Below, piece after piece: positions 63,158-64,000 of a stretch of 64,000 nt of DNA (positions are counted from its first letter, which is position 1; the number at the start of each line of letters is the position of its first letter). Under the pieces are notes generated by a model. It ran no database searches. It saw nothing but the letters and a program-made list of their open reading frames with translations, and was not told the origin of the DNA. A program made the position numbers and the translations under genes. Source of the stretch: Gammaproteobacteria bacterium (GTDB lineage: Bacteria > Pseudomonadota > Gammaproteobacteria > SZUA-152); NCBI GenBank assembly GCA_013152545.1, contig JAADGF010000020.1, positions 302 to 64,301 on the forward strand, given 5' to 3'.

Positions 63158-63676
63158 TCATACCCAACGGCCCTTGCGCACACCCTGCACGCCTTGCATC
63201 CGCACCAAAGTATTGCTGGTATTCGCATGGCACATCGCAACCGCAAGTGCGTCGGCCGCATCCGCCTGAGGTTGTTTATCCAGGTTAAGCAACATCATCA
63301 CCATATGTTGCACCTGCTCTTTGGCAGCATTACCTTTGCCAACAACGGACTGTTTAATTTCCGTTGGGGTATATTCACCAACAGTGATCGACTGAGTGAT
63401 CACAGCACAAATAGCAGCGCCACGGGCCTGCCCCAATTTTAACGCTGAATCTGCGTTGCGGTGCATAAACACATTTTCTATGGCCACTTCATCAGGGCGG
63501 TGCTGCAATAGTAATTCCTGAATACCGCAGAATATGATGCGTAAACGCTCAGGTAGATTATCATTAACGGCTCGCACGCAGCCACTGGTAACATACGCTG
63601 CATGATACCCATCACTATCGACAATACCGTAACCCGTGCTGCGAGAACCAGGATCAATGCCAAGTATACGTGTCAC
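63158..63676 (-). CDS. ruvC: crossover junction endodeoxyribonuclease RuvC
   Basis: ILGIDPGSRSTGYG catalytic N-terminus, 172 aa. Confidence 0.9.
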   Translation of the reverse strand: MTRILGIDPGSRSTGYGIVDSDGYHAAYVTSGCVRAVNDNLPERLRIIFCGIQELLLQHRPDEVAIENVFMHRNADSALKLGQARGAAICAVITQSITVGEYTPTEIKQSVVGKGNAAKEQVQHMVMMLLNLDKQPQADAADALAVAMCHANTSNTLVRMQGVQGVRKGRWV

Positions 63677-64000
63677 AGCTGCGCCATTACCTCGTCGGAA
63701 AAGTCGGCATTGGTATGCACGTTTTGAACATCGTCCAGGTCTTCCAGCGTATCGACTAAACGCATCACTTTTTGAGCATCCTCCAACACCAGTTCAACAC
63801 TCGTGGATGCCTGCATCGTAATATCACCCCGCTCAGGGTTGAAGCTAGCGGCCTGCATCGCTTCTTTGACAGCAATAAAATTTTCCGCTGGCGTGATAAC
63901 ATCAATACTGGAGTCCTCGTTAACAATCACATCATCCGCTCCAGCCTCCAACGCGGCCTCCATCACTTTATCTTCATCACTGCCTGCCGGATAATTCAGC
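63673..64000 (-). CDS. yebC: YebC/PmpR family transcriptional regulator, C-terminal part (5' end outside the window)
   Basis: Minus-strand frame open to the window edge. The YebC C-terminal domain motif is present. 4-nt overlap with ruvC. Confidence 0.75.
   Translation of the reverse strand, partial: LNYPAGSDEDKVMEAALEAGADDVIVNEDSSIDVITPAENFIAVKEAMQAASFNPERGDITMQASTSVELVLEDAQKVMRLVDTLEDLDDVQNVHTNADFSDEVMAQL

Noticed and set aside
62509-63261. 250-aa ORF suggesting an N-terminally extended RuvA
   Set aside because: RuvA proteins start at the conserved MIGRLRG. The 46-codon upstream extension is Cys/Arg-rich and would overlap ruvC.

Overview
This 64-kb window looks like a gammaproteobacterial chromosome: the gene order yebC-ruvCAB, ybgC-tolQRAB-pal-cpoB, queE-queC matches the conserved Pseudomonas-type arrangement, and GC content is moderate. 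Reading left to right: (i) a partial outer-membrane barrel gene and an RND efflux operon in the order OMF-MFP-RND (1-6.7 kb). (ii) An accessory locus of exported and membrane proteins (6.7-13.9 kb): a secreted protein, a lipoprotein alpha/beta hydrolase, a small translationally coupled protein, a membrane-anchored beta-lactamase-fold serine hydrolase, a sterol-desaturase/fatty-acid-hydroxylase family enzyme, a cyclic-peptide-type ABC exporter, and a convergent Cys-rich secreted protein. (iii) A cytochrome b561-ackA-xfp phosphoketolase operon and a chemoreceptor (14.3-21 kb). (iv) An unusual group: a polytopic membrane protein, a YHS-domain::LOG-like fusion, a membrane CxxCH protein, an RquA-like degenerate methyltransferase, and glutamate dehydrogenase (21.3-26.7 kb). 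(v) A large Cu/Ag homeostasis island (26.6-45.4 kb): YHS proteins, an ICMT-like protein, cueR-copA (P-type ATPase), DUF411/CopG, DUF2231, a P-II protein, a YHS-HMA protein, a CMD-family protein, copB, a multicopper oxidase, a His-rich periplasmic protein, cusCBA, and divergent cusRS with palindromic boxes in the shared promoter. (vi) frmAB formaldehyde detoxification (45.5-47.5 kb). (vii) A myo-inositol-1-phosphate synthase / bifunctional IPCT-DIPPS-like / DUF4202-like operon, i.e. a CDP-inositol pathway (48.5-51.6 kb). (viii) An AT-rich, ORF-poor 1.6-kb stretch with an excisionase-family HTH gene and a nonsense-disrupted membrane-protein remnant (51.9-53.8 kb). (ix) queCE, the tol-pal cluster, and ruvCAB-yebC. 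I found no rRNA genes, no convincing tRNA genes, no CRISPR arrays, and no transposases or integrases.
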